From the NCBI GenBank assembly GCA_965153455.1, contig OZ234494.1, positions 12,090,001 to 12,154,000 on the forward strand: DNA of 64,000 nucleotides, given 5' to 3'. Position numbers and translations under genes: made by a program. This document shows, piece by piece, positions 50,390 to 63,100 of the stretch. The stretch's first letter is position 1, and each line of letters opens with the position of its first letter. Under the pieces are notes generated by a model that was not told where the DNA came from, did no database searches, and was given only the letters and a program-made list of their open reading frames with translations. The stretch comes from Sphagnum compactum. Taxonomy: Eukaryota.

Positions 50390-52233
50390 GTTCTGAAAAA
50401 CAATTTCGCAAGAAGAAAAAAAAAAAAAAACCAATAAGTCAAAATAGAGCATGAATAATTGATGACAACATGTTATTATGATGTTGCACCAGCAGTAACG
50501 CTTTGAAACATGTGGGAGCAATAAATCATATAAAACTCATGACCAAAAATCATAGTCTTTTAAGTTGAAGGTTTATTAGTATTGAAAAAATATATCCTAC
50601 AAAGAAGCCGAATCTCACAATTTGTCCTAAAATTTCCCTATGCTTTTGGGTAATGAAGTATTATTAGGGTTTAGGGTGGTTCAGCGAGAACTAATCTTAT
50701 CTTTTGTGAACGGAAAAAAAAAATTCTCCTCATTAATATACATTAGGAAGGAAATTGTTCCCCAAAAAAGACCACTAAATACCTGTTTACAAAATATTCT
50801 AAACATTAATATACACTGGTGCAAAACAAATTCGCCCCATTTTTGCTGTTGGGAATCCAAAGAGCTCCTGGTCCTTGTAACTTTCAGCCTGCAAGAAAAA
50901 ATTCCAAATCAAAGAGCACCTTCAGATAGCATCACAAAAACACTAACTCAGCACTTTAGGATATGGGATATATTTCTTACATTATATATTCCATATATTC
51001 CCAAGTGCAAAAAATTATTGAAACAAAAGCATAGTATCCCCAAAAAAGCAAAAGTAAAGATTTTATAACAAAATTGACAACAAACAACAAAAAAATTCTG
51101 CAAAATACATTTGTTGTGAACCAAAATGTGTAAGAAACATCACTTGGTGCATTTTGCTTGGAATTTCATACGAAGTGGATCTAGTAGTCTCTGTGGTGAC
51201 CACCTATCATGCTCTTCACTTTCCGGATGAAACCTTCATAACCCCCGGCTCCAGGACCTCCTCCAGCACCATAACCCCCGGCTCCAGTACCTCCTTCGAC
51301 ACCATATCCCCCAGCTCCAGGAGCTCCTTCGGCACCATATCCACCACGAGACAGTCCTTAAAAACTCCTGGCCACTCAACTTACGACGCCCACATGGGCC
51401 TGCATTTGTGTGTAGTGTGGACAGAGGACACGCGGGATGCATGGAGAGGTGCATGCCAATCAACTGTCCCAAATATAGAGGAAGAGGCATGCTCATCATT
51501 TTCAAATCCCTTATCTGCAAGTCACAGTACCCAATGGCGTCTTGTTTCTCTCACCACTCTGGCTCCATCAGGGAATTGGAAAAAAAAAAACAAAAAAACT
51601 GTTGTGAAGCAGTGCTTTTTTTTTTTTCTGGCCCAGATTTCTACTGTTTAAAAACTCTGGCTACCAATGCAAAGCGGTCCTTTTTTTATGGAGATGTAAT
51701 GGTTTTATGTTTGCAATGGAGTTTTCCATTTGTTTCTCGATATATATATATTTATATTTATAATTTTTTTTAAAAGAGAAAAAAACGTGTGAAGAGATTG
51801 ACGAAATGATGATGCTTTGAACATGGTTTTGTAACGTGTAATCTATTTAAGAAAACTTATCCAATTCTTTATGCTAGGTGAAAGACATGAGCGAGCATAC
51901 TCAAGGGTCCCATGCCACTTAGCCATCACCGCCTCATGTCGGGCCCCTCATTCCATTGCAAGAATACCCCATTCCACCTCTCTTCTCCTCCTCGGGACCT
52001 ACGCAAAACTTTGCCATTGTGAATTTCCCTTCTTTGCGGATACCACTGAAAGAGGGGATAGGGAGTGGAAGCAGGCCCAAAGACAGGGTGACTTTCTGGA
52101 TAACTCCAGTACACAGAAAACAAAAAGGGGGACCAAAACTGGGTTTCGTCACCTAAAGTCGTCACTGCACTTCGACCCCTAAAGGACGACCACCCAAGGA
52201 CAAAACCACCGATATTATATATATAGATAGAGA

Positions 52234-53056
52234 TATAAAAGCTACAGTGATGTCTGTGTGTCGCAAGACATTACGACGTTTTAACATTACGCCGGAACCG
52301 GTCCATTTTTCAACAACTTTAGGCAACCATATTCTCTTCTGAAATTAGTCTGTGTGGACAAAAATTGGGCAGTGCCTGGAAGATTCCAGTCACTGCCCAT
52401 TCCCTGTGGAGCTTCCCAAGATGTAACTTCCCCAGATGTAACTGACTCCAGAGAAAAAAGAAATAGGGGCAGTCTGATTTTTTGAGGCAAAAGATTTGGT
52501 AGACCAGAAAAAAAATATTTAGGCCTTGGACAGCCCAGAATCTTTTTTTTTTTTTTTTTTTTTGTATTGACCAAGACTACCTTTTTTTTCTTTTAGCTAC
52601 TGTCCGTCCCGATTAAGGGGATGGATGAAATGTCCGTCCAGCTTGATGACGAAACAGATTTAGGGGAAGACCAGAAAAAAAATATTTAGGCCTTGGACAG
52701 CCCAGAATCAATTTTTATTTTATTTTTTGTATTGACCAAGACGACCTTTTTTTTCTTTTAGCTACTGTCCGTTCCAATTAAGGGGATGGATGAAATGTCC
52801 GTCCGGCTTGATGACGGGACGAATTTTGGGGAAGCTTTTTTTCTTTTAGCTACTGTCCGTCCCGATTAAGGGGATGGGGCCAGCAGGGGCGGGGGGGGGG
52901 GGGGGCGGGACGGGCGGGGAAGGACCGGGCGGGTGGGGGGGCACGGGCAGGGAAGGACCGGGCGGGGGGGGGCACGGGCGAGGAAGGACCGGGCGGGGGG
53001 GGCCAGCATGGGCGGGGAAGGACCGACGGGTGCATTATGCACCGGGTTCACACTAG
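52234..53056 (+). mobile_element. Non-autonomous Helitron B (its 5' end TCTTATATATAAAAGCTACAGTGA lies at 30196-30219)
   Basis: Hairpin GGTGCAT-T-ATGCACC (53029-53043), 9 nt, then CTAG|T; internal ~165-bp duplication (52502 and 52668); G-rich tract at 52870-53025. Confidence 0.85.
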
Positions 53057-56000
53057 TATGACATAATCTTCTAGTGATGATCATACATTGGTATCAGTAA
53101 ACAAAATCTCTGCTGAACATGAAACTTTTTAAAAATTGTTGAATTTGCCACTCCAGACCTTAATGTCATGTAATGGACTCATCCTTGCCCATTATGTTGA
53201 GTGGGTCACTAAACTTGCCCTAATGGGTTCACCTGGTGCCTTACCCAACATAATGGGTATGAGCTTGACTAGTAACCAGGCCAGTTCAACACTAATTATA
53301 TTATTTTCAGAAATGTTGAAATTTTCAAAAAAAAATTTATTTTCAGTAATATTTATTCTGAAGGAATATATGATTTGTTGAAATGGAATCTCAGAATTTA
53401 TTAATTAATGGACAAACTAATGGCCAAGGTACTGCCCTTTTCCATAGTACATTATAAGTTGACAATGTAATCCCTTTAATCTTCTTGCTTCCTTGTTGCT
53501 TGCAATCCATGGAATAATGTCTTTCAAGGCGATCCCAACTTTAATCTAATTCAAGGTTCCATATAGGTAACATATATTGAATGTTGATTTTCACCATTTG
53601 CCTAAAGAGGCTATGATTGAATGTTTGTACAAATTGCACGTTGTAGATCACTAAACAATAGGATGTCTAATTTTTAATTTTTTACATGAAGTCTTTCAGC
53701 AATTACTTCATATTCACAATTATCAATTGTTATATTCTACAAAATACATAAAGGAATTTAACCGATAGTTATGTTCACAAGTGTTTGTGTATCCATTTTC
53801 TTAAAAAATAAAAATTCAAAATGATGTAATTCCTTTTGTTGGAAATTTGATTTATAATATACATATTTTGCTAATGCCTTGAAAATATATGTGAAATGTT
53901 TCCAAGGTTCATGCAAGAAGGAAATTTATAAAGTCCAATGTTCTACAAGACACGGTAAAACCTATTATTGAACATTGATGAAATCAAAGACAAAATGTTG
54001 GAAAATGGTGACACCCTTGATTATGACATGATCCATGTATGAAAATGAATTTGTAATGTTGTGTAAAACATTGTGAATAGGTAAAGTCATCCCCAACTCA
54101 TTTCTTTTTTACCATCTTCATTAGCTTAGGTTTGCTTGTCCATGCTTGATTAGAAACACATCTATGGTACTTCTAACATTCATGTTTGTAAGTTGTTCCT
54201 ATTGTTCCTATTGGCATTTTTTTTAAAATGTTTATTTGTTCTTGTATGTGTTCAAAATAGTTCCAATTAATGTTATAATAGTTTTTCGAGTGTAAAACTT
54301 CCAATCATGTCCCAACAAGGCCAAACATTTTTCACATGGAATTTGCAAGGAAAAAAACTATTGACCAAATTTGTAACCTTTGGGTACTATAAACTTGCAA
54401 GATAGCACAATGAGGTCAAATCCATGAAGGATCACCTTTCCACGTGCACACAAATATTTTACAAGGAAATTAAGACTTGGTAGTAAATATCTACTACCAA
54501 GTTACACAACCAACATACAAACTTTCAAGATTTTTCAATGATTTCAGGCTTTTGTACTTGCAATGGATTATCCCTTGTTGTTCACACAAATTTTATACAT
54601 AAGAAAATTTGGGAGTGAAGGACTAAAAGAAGGTTTGAAATGCAATGTTATACAACAAGTGTTCAAGCATTCAAGGTATTTCAATGATTTTGTAATTGTT
54701 AACCATGACAATCCTTCATCATCAATCAAATTGTATGTAACAAAATTTGGGAATGAAAAGGAAAAGAAGGCTTCAAATATAAAGTACACACTAAACATTA
54801 AATTACATGGATGATAAGTGGTTTTACTTATAACCACATAAGAAATTACATGGATATATTGAATTGAATTTCACTTAAAATAATTGGAAATTAATCATTA
54901 ATTTTTCAACTATATTTTAGTCGTAATGGACACATGCAACTAAAAGTGCCTATAGTTGCCTTGGACAAGTGCCATATCTCCCAACTGTAAAATCAATATT
55001 TAATTTTAAAATATCATTAAATTATAATACTTATAATATTTCATATCTTATTGATATTTGTCTAAACAACAAAATTAAAATATCACTTTTAAATTCATTT
55101 CAACAAAAAAAAAACTTGAATTTCCTTGCTTAATAAGATTTCAATGACCATACTTTTGAAGAAAAACTTAAGCACATGATTTATTAATGAAAAAGATTAT
55201 TCAGTTAACACAACAATAAACTAATGATATATTATTTCCCAGAATTTTAACCAATATTAATTTAAAACTATATTATAAAATTATGATGTAAAATATATCA
55301 TAATTTTCTTTATAAAATTTTAATTTAGATGTAATAATATATAATTTATTGAAATATAATATCAACAATAAATTGTAAATATTTTACATTTAAAAATATG
55401 TTCTAGTTTTGTTGAATTAATTATATTATAAGTGATCTATATTAATTTGGAAATATTAGATTCCAAAGTAAAAGATATTAGATAACTTTCATGCCTAACT
55501 ACTTCATTTTTTTCTTAATAACTACTTCCTTTCCCTATTAACTTTCTTAATAACTATCTCCCACCTTTCCTAATAAACTATCTCCATTTTATGACTGCCT
55601 CATTCTTTTTTTCTATCCACCAACATGGATATGAGAAAACAAATTAACATGTGTTTGATGTCCATGAAATGTATATTAATTTAAATTATACTTGACATTG
55701 ACATAACTAATGATGAACTATTGAAAATCGTATGAAAACACAAGAAAACAACAAAAAGCTTATCGTCACTAATATTGCACAATAACATGGATCTCAAATT
55801 TTTGTATTGACTAGTCTTTAACATTGACTTAAAGAAGCAAAACAAGTTTGTGATTGACCAAGACTCAATTGTAACATCAAGGGTAAAAAACATATTAAAT
55901 ATCCAATCAACCAAATTACAAAAACAATAAGTCAAAATCATTTAGTTAATTGAGAATTACAATGTAATTTAGATTGATACTAAGCAAATTGATGTGCATG

Positions 56001-58059
56001 GTTGTGGGTTTACATGCACATCATATAATTGACAAAGAGTTAAATTCATTATTAACCAATAAATAAATAATCATGATATGTAGTTCATTTTTCATTTGCA
56101 TATATCAATTGGTTGTTTAGTGCCCTAGCCAATATACATTTTAATCCTCAACTATTAACATACACCCTTCACAAAGATGCAATTGGTATTTTGTATATGA
56201 ATATAATGCAATTTCATTTTATGTTTTAAACCTTTAATTCAACCTATGTGTCACCTTTTGAAGAAGATCAAATCTTCAAGCAGCTTGAATGAACTTCCTA
56301 ATGAAAGGCATTCATGAGATTTAGGGTTTGGCTTGGGTACCAAGCCCCTTATTTTAGGAAAACCCCAATGGTTTTACCTTGCACATTATCAATTGCCCTA
56401 ACCAATACTCCATAAGTTTGTTTGTTCACAATGCATTAAAAGCATAAGCTCACAAAACTAAAGTTGGCAACATACAATATTAGTACACAAAATCTAGATT
56501 GAGTTTCAACTATCCAATTGAGTGTATCAATCTAATGGATGCACTTCAACACAAGCAAAGCAAGTATGAAAATTGAAAACTATGAAAATATCTTAACTTT
56601 ACATGATACATCAAAAAATGAATTAGAATTACAAAATTTGACAATATGTTATAGACTTCATCAAGATTTCAAGCTTGCATTTATCCCTTGCCAAAAATTT
56701 ACTTAAATTTTTAAAAAAATTTAGTATGCAAATTTTTTAAAAATCTTAATTGTTTTAATTAGTTGGCTAAAAAGACTTCTGATGAATGGAACAATAAGAC
56801 ATTCAACCTTCAATTTTGAAAACAATTGTTGTGGAACACAATTTATCTTTAAATTTACAAAATTATAACTCAAGTCACTACAAAGCTTCAAGTCTAAAAT
56901 GATAAGAAACATGCTCTAAATGAACTCAATGAAGTGTGAGATTGGAGGCACTCATGTGGGAGATCAATGGCACAAAGTGGGGCATCTACCAATTAGACAT
57001 TTGTATGAGTAATATAACCAAAATTTGAACCATGTGAAGTATTGCATGAAAATTGTAACAAAGCACAATGAGTATCATAATCATAAGCCTTGATCAAAAG
57101 TTAGCCACAGGGACCACCACCACCACCGAAGTTGCCACAAACTTGTGATCAACACTGAGCTTTAGCCTAACATTTACAGGTAAATATTAGCTTAAAAATT
57201 TCAAAGAAAACACTTTCCCCATTGCTACCATAAAAAGTATACACATCACAATACTCTGTAATGAGGGACTCAAGATTTATTGCAGTACAACTGTCAACAA
57301 AGCATGTCATCTCCTAATAGCTTCACCCTTTATGGCCAAATTCAAACAAAATCATGAGAAATGATGAAACCATATTCCATGGTTAGGTAATTTGACTGCA
57401 AAATGAAATTGAATTGAAAGAAGGAGGCCTGCAGAGTATAGCTAGGTCTCCCATTGTCATTCACACATTGATTTAGAAAACTTCCAAGTTCATGAACCAA
57501 AATTTTACCCCAAAATTTGCAGAGAGGCAAAATCTTATCTTTTGCAGTTGTTTGATTAGGATTTCTGGTCAATCCAAGCTTCTGTGAGTGGAATCCATGT
57601 TCTCTGTTGTTGCATGCTGGAGTGGTCTTAGATGGTCCTTGGAGCAAACTGCTGTTGTTTCAACTTCAGAAGAATCTGCACATTCAGATACACACGCCGA
57701 AATTTCTGATTTCTCAGCTGGAAACTCATGAAGGAAAATCCTTGACTCAAATGAATAGATGAAGACAGTTGGGAGTGATTTGTCTTCCTAATCTACCTAC
57801 AAGAAAACCCTTTTGCTTGATACACAACACCAAGGTTTGCCATCCCAATTTGACTGATTGCACACAACAATATAATAACAATCTTGCACAAGCAAGCTCA
57901 ATGTAGTACAATATGATATTTTCTCAAGGGCACAAGCTGATGTAAACCTACCAAACTCTATTGCAAGAAAGCAACACAACAACAAGAAAAAGAAGAGAAT
58001 TTGAAGAACAACAACAACAAATGTACGAGTCCTAGGTATCTTTTTGGCTTCTAGCCCCT

Positions 58060-58430
58060 CATGTGAAAAACGTTAGAGAGTTCATCTGGCATTGTAGAGT
58101 TCATCTGGTCCCAAATTCCGAAGAATGTTCACCATGTGTTACTTTGAACAACTTTGAGTTCATTTTTTGGTCTCATATTTTGAAGAATGATCACGAGGAA
58201 TGTTCATTATGTGATATTTTGATCAACTTTGAGTTCATTTTTTGGTCCCACATTTTGAGAAATGTTTATGGAGGAATGCTCACTAGGTGTTACTTTGAAC
58301 AACTTTGAGCTCATTTTCTGCTCTCTCATCTTTTGAGGAATATTCATTCTCAGTTGGTTACTTTGACCAACTGTGACTTCAATTTTTGGTCTCTTATTTT
58401 CAGGAATGTTCACTCAACTGTGAGCTGAAC
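58060..58430. repeat. Degenerate ~65-75 bp tandem repeat
   Basis: Repeated actttgaacaactttgagttcattttttggtc..atattttga.gaatg. Confidence 0.75.
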
Positions 58431-58504
58431 TGTGAGTATCATGTTTTGGGAACTTCATGGAACGTTCTTAGCTGGTTTGAACTTTGAACTTGCCAAAAGG
58501 GAAC

Positions 58505-58805
58505 CAGTGTTTTTCGTTTGTAGCCAAAGTGGCGACCAGCCATAAGAGGACGTAGAAAAAGTGGCCATCATCCCTCGGGAGATTTAGCCATATCTGACAT
58601 TAAACCAAAAATAAAGTAATTTTTTTTGTCATCCCTTTTTTTGGGGGGCTAGATAATGAAAATCAAATATATGAATCTGGAGATTTTTTTTACATTTTTT
58701 TCCTCACTTCTGGAGACTAAAACCCGCCAACAGCATTCCTTTTTCGAATTTCTAATTTTTAATTTTTCTTTTTGGCGAGACTTCGACAGTAAGAAAAAAA
58801 CACCG
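58505..58805. mobile_element. hAT-type MITE (301 bp) with 8-bp TSD AAGGGAAC
   Basis: TIR cagtgttttt / aaaaacaccg; AAGGGAAC at 58497-58504 and 58806-58813. Confidence 0.85.
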
Positions 58806-60045
58806 AAGGGAACAAGCGCAAGTAATGAGCTGCGTGTTTTCTAACGCTAAACAGAAGAAGGATTCTCTGTGCATCTCGCTCACCTCTTTCATACGGGAGA
58901 CATCAGCCGTTCTCTTGCGTGGTGAAAACGCGCTTGCTTTCTTAGCATCCGACCAGCTCATTGCTATCACTTCGGCAGGAGATTTCGGTCTTTGAGATTC
59001 GGACATGATGTCTACGGCAGCTGGGATGATGTTTTGGGCTGTGGCGCTCCTGCTGTTCATGGTACTAGTACTTGGAAACTCATTGTCCACGTCAGTGAGA
59101 GATAAAACTGTTTTCCAGATATTGCTCTCAGTGCCCTCTTTGATCCTGGTTTCCATTTCCCGATAGTATTGTTCCTCCTTCTCCCTGAACAAAAAAACAT
59201 CCATAACGATCCCTGTTTGTGTCGACGGTCCATGTCCGCATTCGAGTGCTTGCATTTCCAGTGTGTAGATGATGCATTTTCTCTCTCCTTGTATTCTTTG
59301 CTAGGATAGAGGGTTCATTCTTTGAGGGCTAGAAGGATCTGTCATACCGGTTTGTGGACTTTGTAACCCGAATTTGAGCCGCTCTCTCTGTGTAAAATGC
59401 TTCACGCTGCATTGCTGCTTCCTCCAGGATCTGCTGTCCAGAGATATCCCCAAGGAATGCAGATTGGATCATGCTACATTTGCCACAGATCATACCAGAA
59501 TATGGTACTATGTTATCCGGAAGCTTGCATAACTTCTTAGCATGGTGAGTGTTTCATTGCTAGTCTGAATGAAATCTCTTCATAATCTTGTCAATTCTGT
59601 CTCTAGGATTTATGACGATAAATATCTTCTGCTTTGAAAGAGAGAAGATACCCTTCCGTTGGTCATGTTCTGAACTTCTGACAGTGACGGCCGTGCTAGA
59701 GCAATGTGTTACGTACGCGGTATTGCCGGTCGTTTGATTCTTTCCGTCTTTCTTCGATTTCCAGAGCATTGTGCTTGTTCCATTGTCTGCATCATCCATT
59801 CGACTGAAGAGCTGTCAGATGCACAAAGCTTGTCGAACCCAGGCAGGGTCGACATTGATTTGATGCTCACATCTCATCAAACACGATGCGAGCTTTTGTG
59901 CAGATGCCAAAACTACCTCAGTAATGCTCTTTCTAGTGTTAGATCCCATAGCGAAATGGCACTCAACCGGATTTGATTCTAGAGAAGGATACGGATCTGT
60001 GCATTGATAATATGCAAGGTTTTCTTAGGAGCTAGAGACAATAAC

Positions 60046-60050
<5 letters not shown>

Positions 60051-60100
<50 letters not shown>
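60051..60100. repeat. (GA)n microsatellite
   Basis: Direct reading. Confidence 0.95.
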
Positions 60101-60106
<6 letters not shown>

Positions 60107-63100
60107 AAAATCTGGACACTTTCTGTCACAAACAGATACGAATTCTATTTGAATACTCATGAGAGGATATAAGAACACAATCAGATGTGAGCAATTCACA
60201 TTTCTCTGAATTCTATTTGTTGATGCCGACAGTGACAAGAAGCGAATGATTTTCAAGGGTTGAAGATTCATCCTTCTTTTCTCTGCCTAAGAGCAAAGTT
60301 ACCTGAGAATCTGAGACTCCTCCTCGGGTGGAGGAGATCGACATTTTGGGCTGGAGTGAGAATCGTTGTCAGTATTCCGCAAGAAGGCTGGGACTCCATA
60401 ACGGCCAACGGACACTGGAACTATGCATTGATTGTCAGAGGGCGGGATAGGGAGGGCAAGAGTGGTCGAGACGGAGCCCGCCTGTGATAGGAGAGGAGGC
60501 CTTGACAATATTTCAACCTTGAGCAAGCTTTCTCGACCTCCAGGTACGGCATCTCTTATATTCCCCACTACCTTGTGTTTGCTATCTTTCGCCATCTCTT
60601 TTGCTCACTCAAGTGCCAGGCTACAAATGTATACTTGCCAAGACAACAAAGTGCACAATTACCGCAGTGCAAAACATGACTCAAGCTCTAGGTTGTGTCC
60701 TATCCGTGGTATCTTCTGAGATCCTTGTTCCTAATCTTGCAGCAGGTAATCTAATTTCAGCTAATATTGCCACGAGATTCTCAAATCCTCTTAAAACTCA
60801 CCATCATCATCATCATCATCATCATTTTCTTCTTCTTCTTCATTCTTCATCATTTTTTTCTTGTTCTTCATCGTCCTCTTTCCTTTGAGGTTCTCAAGGA
60901 CCAAAAAACAAAACCGCTCTGATATGAAACGCTCTCTCTCCCCTTCTTGTTTGGTTGGCTCGGCAAAGAAAGAGACTACAGTACCTACGACACACCTAGC
61001 AGTTATAATCAGTATTTTCTTTTTGCAAATTTGCTAGGTATGTTGGCCACAAGAGGACGTGGCCAAATTTGGCTACAGGTCAGAGAGGAAAGTAAATGAG
61101 TTTAGGAATGCTAGAATATATTGTCTAAATATGGCGATTCCCAAATATGGTGATCTCACCTACCTAAGTACATATTACGCGCCTTTTTGGCACTACCTAC
61201 CAACTAAGAATCAAGGGCTCCCCTTCTCACCTACCTATTAAATCCCCATCCCCCCTTTCCCACCTACCCACCTACTGGATTCAACACCCCCACCTATGTG
61301 CCCACCACCCAACTAGGCACCCACCTCTACATGTCTATGTCGTTCATATTCTTACCTACCTCCCCACTCTCCCTCCTACCTATCATAAATATTAATCCTT
61401 AATAGATAATAATAATTTTTTTATATTTTCAATTATAATGGTTGTAATAAAAAATAAGAAGAAACACATATAAAATTATCATTAATCAAATATAAAATAA
61501 CAATTATTTTAAATAAATTTCAATTAAAGTTTTTTGGTAATATTGGGGAGTGTATAGCCTTTTTTAAATCATTTAATTGTCACTGGTAGTGCAAAATAAC
61601 ACGAAACCCAAATAATAAAAATGATAATATTTATTATTATTATTATTATTAACTAATAATTAGCCTAGGCTAACTATTTTAATATATATTATCATTATTT
61701 CAATACTTTTAACTTTTATTAATTATAATAATTAATATTTAAATAATAATAATGTCATTAGGTTTAAAACAATTTGATAAAAATTGAAATACACACAAAT
61801 GGGCACTATTGAAAATGTTGTCAATTGGTCCAAGTCCCTCAAAAAAAATTATGTTCCACAAATGCAATACTTGCCCATGGGCACCAAGGTAAAAACACAT
61901 TCAAAGGAGGCACCAAAGTGAGTGGACGCTCCATAAAACTGCATTTTTATGTGTTTGAAAAATCACACAAACATGAAGCATAATAGTTTGAATTATCATA
62001 ATTGGTTTTGGAATATTTTCCATTAATTACAAAGTTTACATGTTCAAAGTTTGACACAAATCAAAAATGTTTTTGTATGTTGAAAGCATTCAAACCTTGA
62101 GAATGGATAATCCTTATTTTATTCAAATGTTTTTTTTCCTACCAAATGTGCGTCATTCCTTTTTAAAATTGGAGAGGATTTTAACATTCATGATTAAAAA
62201 GGCACAAGGATTTGAATCGATGAATTTTTTTTTTATAACCAATTTGAGCACATTTGGTTCAAAAGTGCTTTTGACCTTGAAAATTATAGATTTTGAAAAT
62301 GTGCCTTTAACAAAAGTTATTCATGTTTATGTGATAGAAAGCATGAATTACATAATATACATGATATAAAATCAATTTGTAGTCAAAATGTATTTGTATT
62401 TAAAATGTAATGCTAAAAGGGGTACCCAAAACACAAATTTTAAAGTTATAAACCAACACAAAAATGACATCTGTCATGTGTAGTCTTTGGAAAAGGACTT
62501 TTACCTTGACGCCCTTGGTACCTTTGACCGTGTTTCACCCACCAACAAAATTGTTGTTTATTGGGCCAAACCCCCCTAAAATGAATCTTTATTGCAAAAA
62601 TTTAAAACTTGTATCAATCAAATTTGTTTAGTTGAATGTGAGTAGTACAAAAGGTTTTTATGACCCCTATGCAAGTATTACATTTGAAAAGGAAAAACCC
62701 AATGTTTGTTTTGTGAATGCCATGTAGGTATTACACTTTGAATACCTTCAATCCAATTTATTTTTGGTGACCCTAATGTAAGTATTATAATTTGTACACC
62801 TTTAATTCAATTTTGTTTTTGTGACCCTATGTGAATATTGCAAATGTTGCGTTTATTTCAATGGCAAATAAACACCAAAAATATGGGTATTGCATCTTTT
62901 GTATTAATGATTTTTTGTATTTATGGAAGTATTGTACCAAAAGTTTCATGGAAAATGTATTAATCCACATCAATGCAACCAAAAATGTTCAAAGAACTAC
63001 CCAAGAAATGCAAAAAAGGACATTCATCTAACTCAAAGACCATCATCATTAAATCCATTAGCTTGATGGTAAACCTAAGTTACCACTTTTGTCAACCTTG

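Larger units (their letters stand above)
44306..52233 (-). mobile_element. Large Helitron copy 2 (intact RepHel ORF plus cargo)
   Basis: Degenerate 3' motifs at 44306 and ~44687 (intact CTAA/CTAG ends at 43829 and 41305); 5' end TCTATATATATAATATCGG starting at 52227, extended by TCTCTA to 52233. Confidence 0.85.
29827..53056. mobile_element. Composite 23.2-kb Helitron complex with outward-facing 3' ends
   Basis: Left end is a minus-strand CTAG (29827-29830) plus hairpin; right end is a plus-strand hairpin (53029-53043) plus CTAG (53053-53056). Flanked by TATGACA at 29820-29826 and 53057-53063. Confidence 0.85.
57560..60595 (-). pseudogene. Decayed or lineage-specific multi-exon gene-like region of unknown function
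   Basis: GC-richer blocks with plausible splice sites: ATG 60595 to donor ~60303, block ~60030-58885 ending MKE|gtgagc, acceptor ~57797. Frames are broken by stops and no domain was recognised. Confidence 0.4.

Noticed and set aside
53058-53075. Additional Helitron 3' end (host hairpin followed by CTAGT at 53071)
   Set aside because: The AT-rich stem is only 1 nt from CTAG, unlike the 8-12 nt spacing of the real ends here, and no matching 5' end was found.
53460-54840. Possible Mutator/hAT transposase remnant (FFPCKFHVKNVW on minus)
   Set aside because: One weak motif amid many stops; not enough to call.
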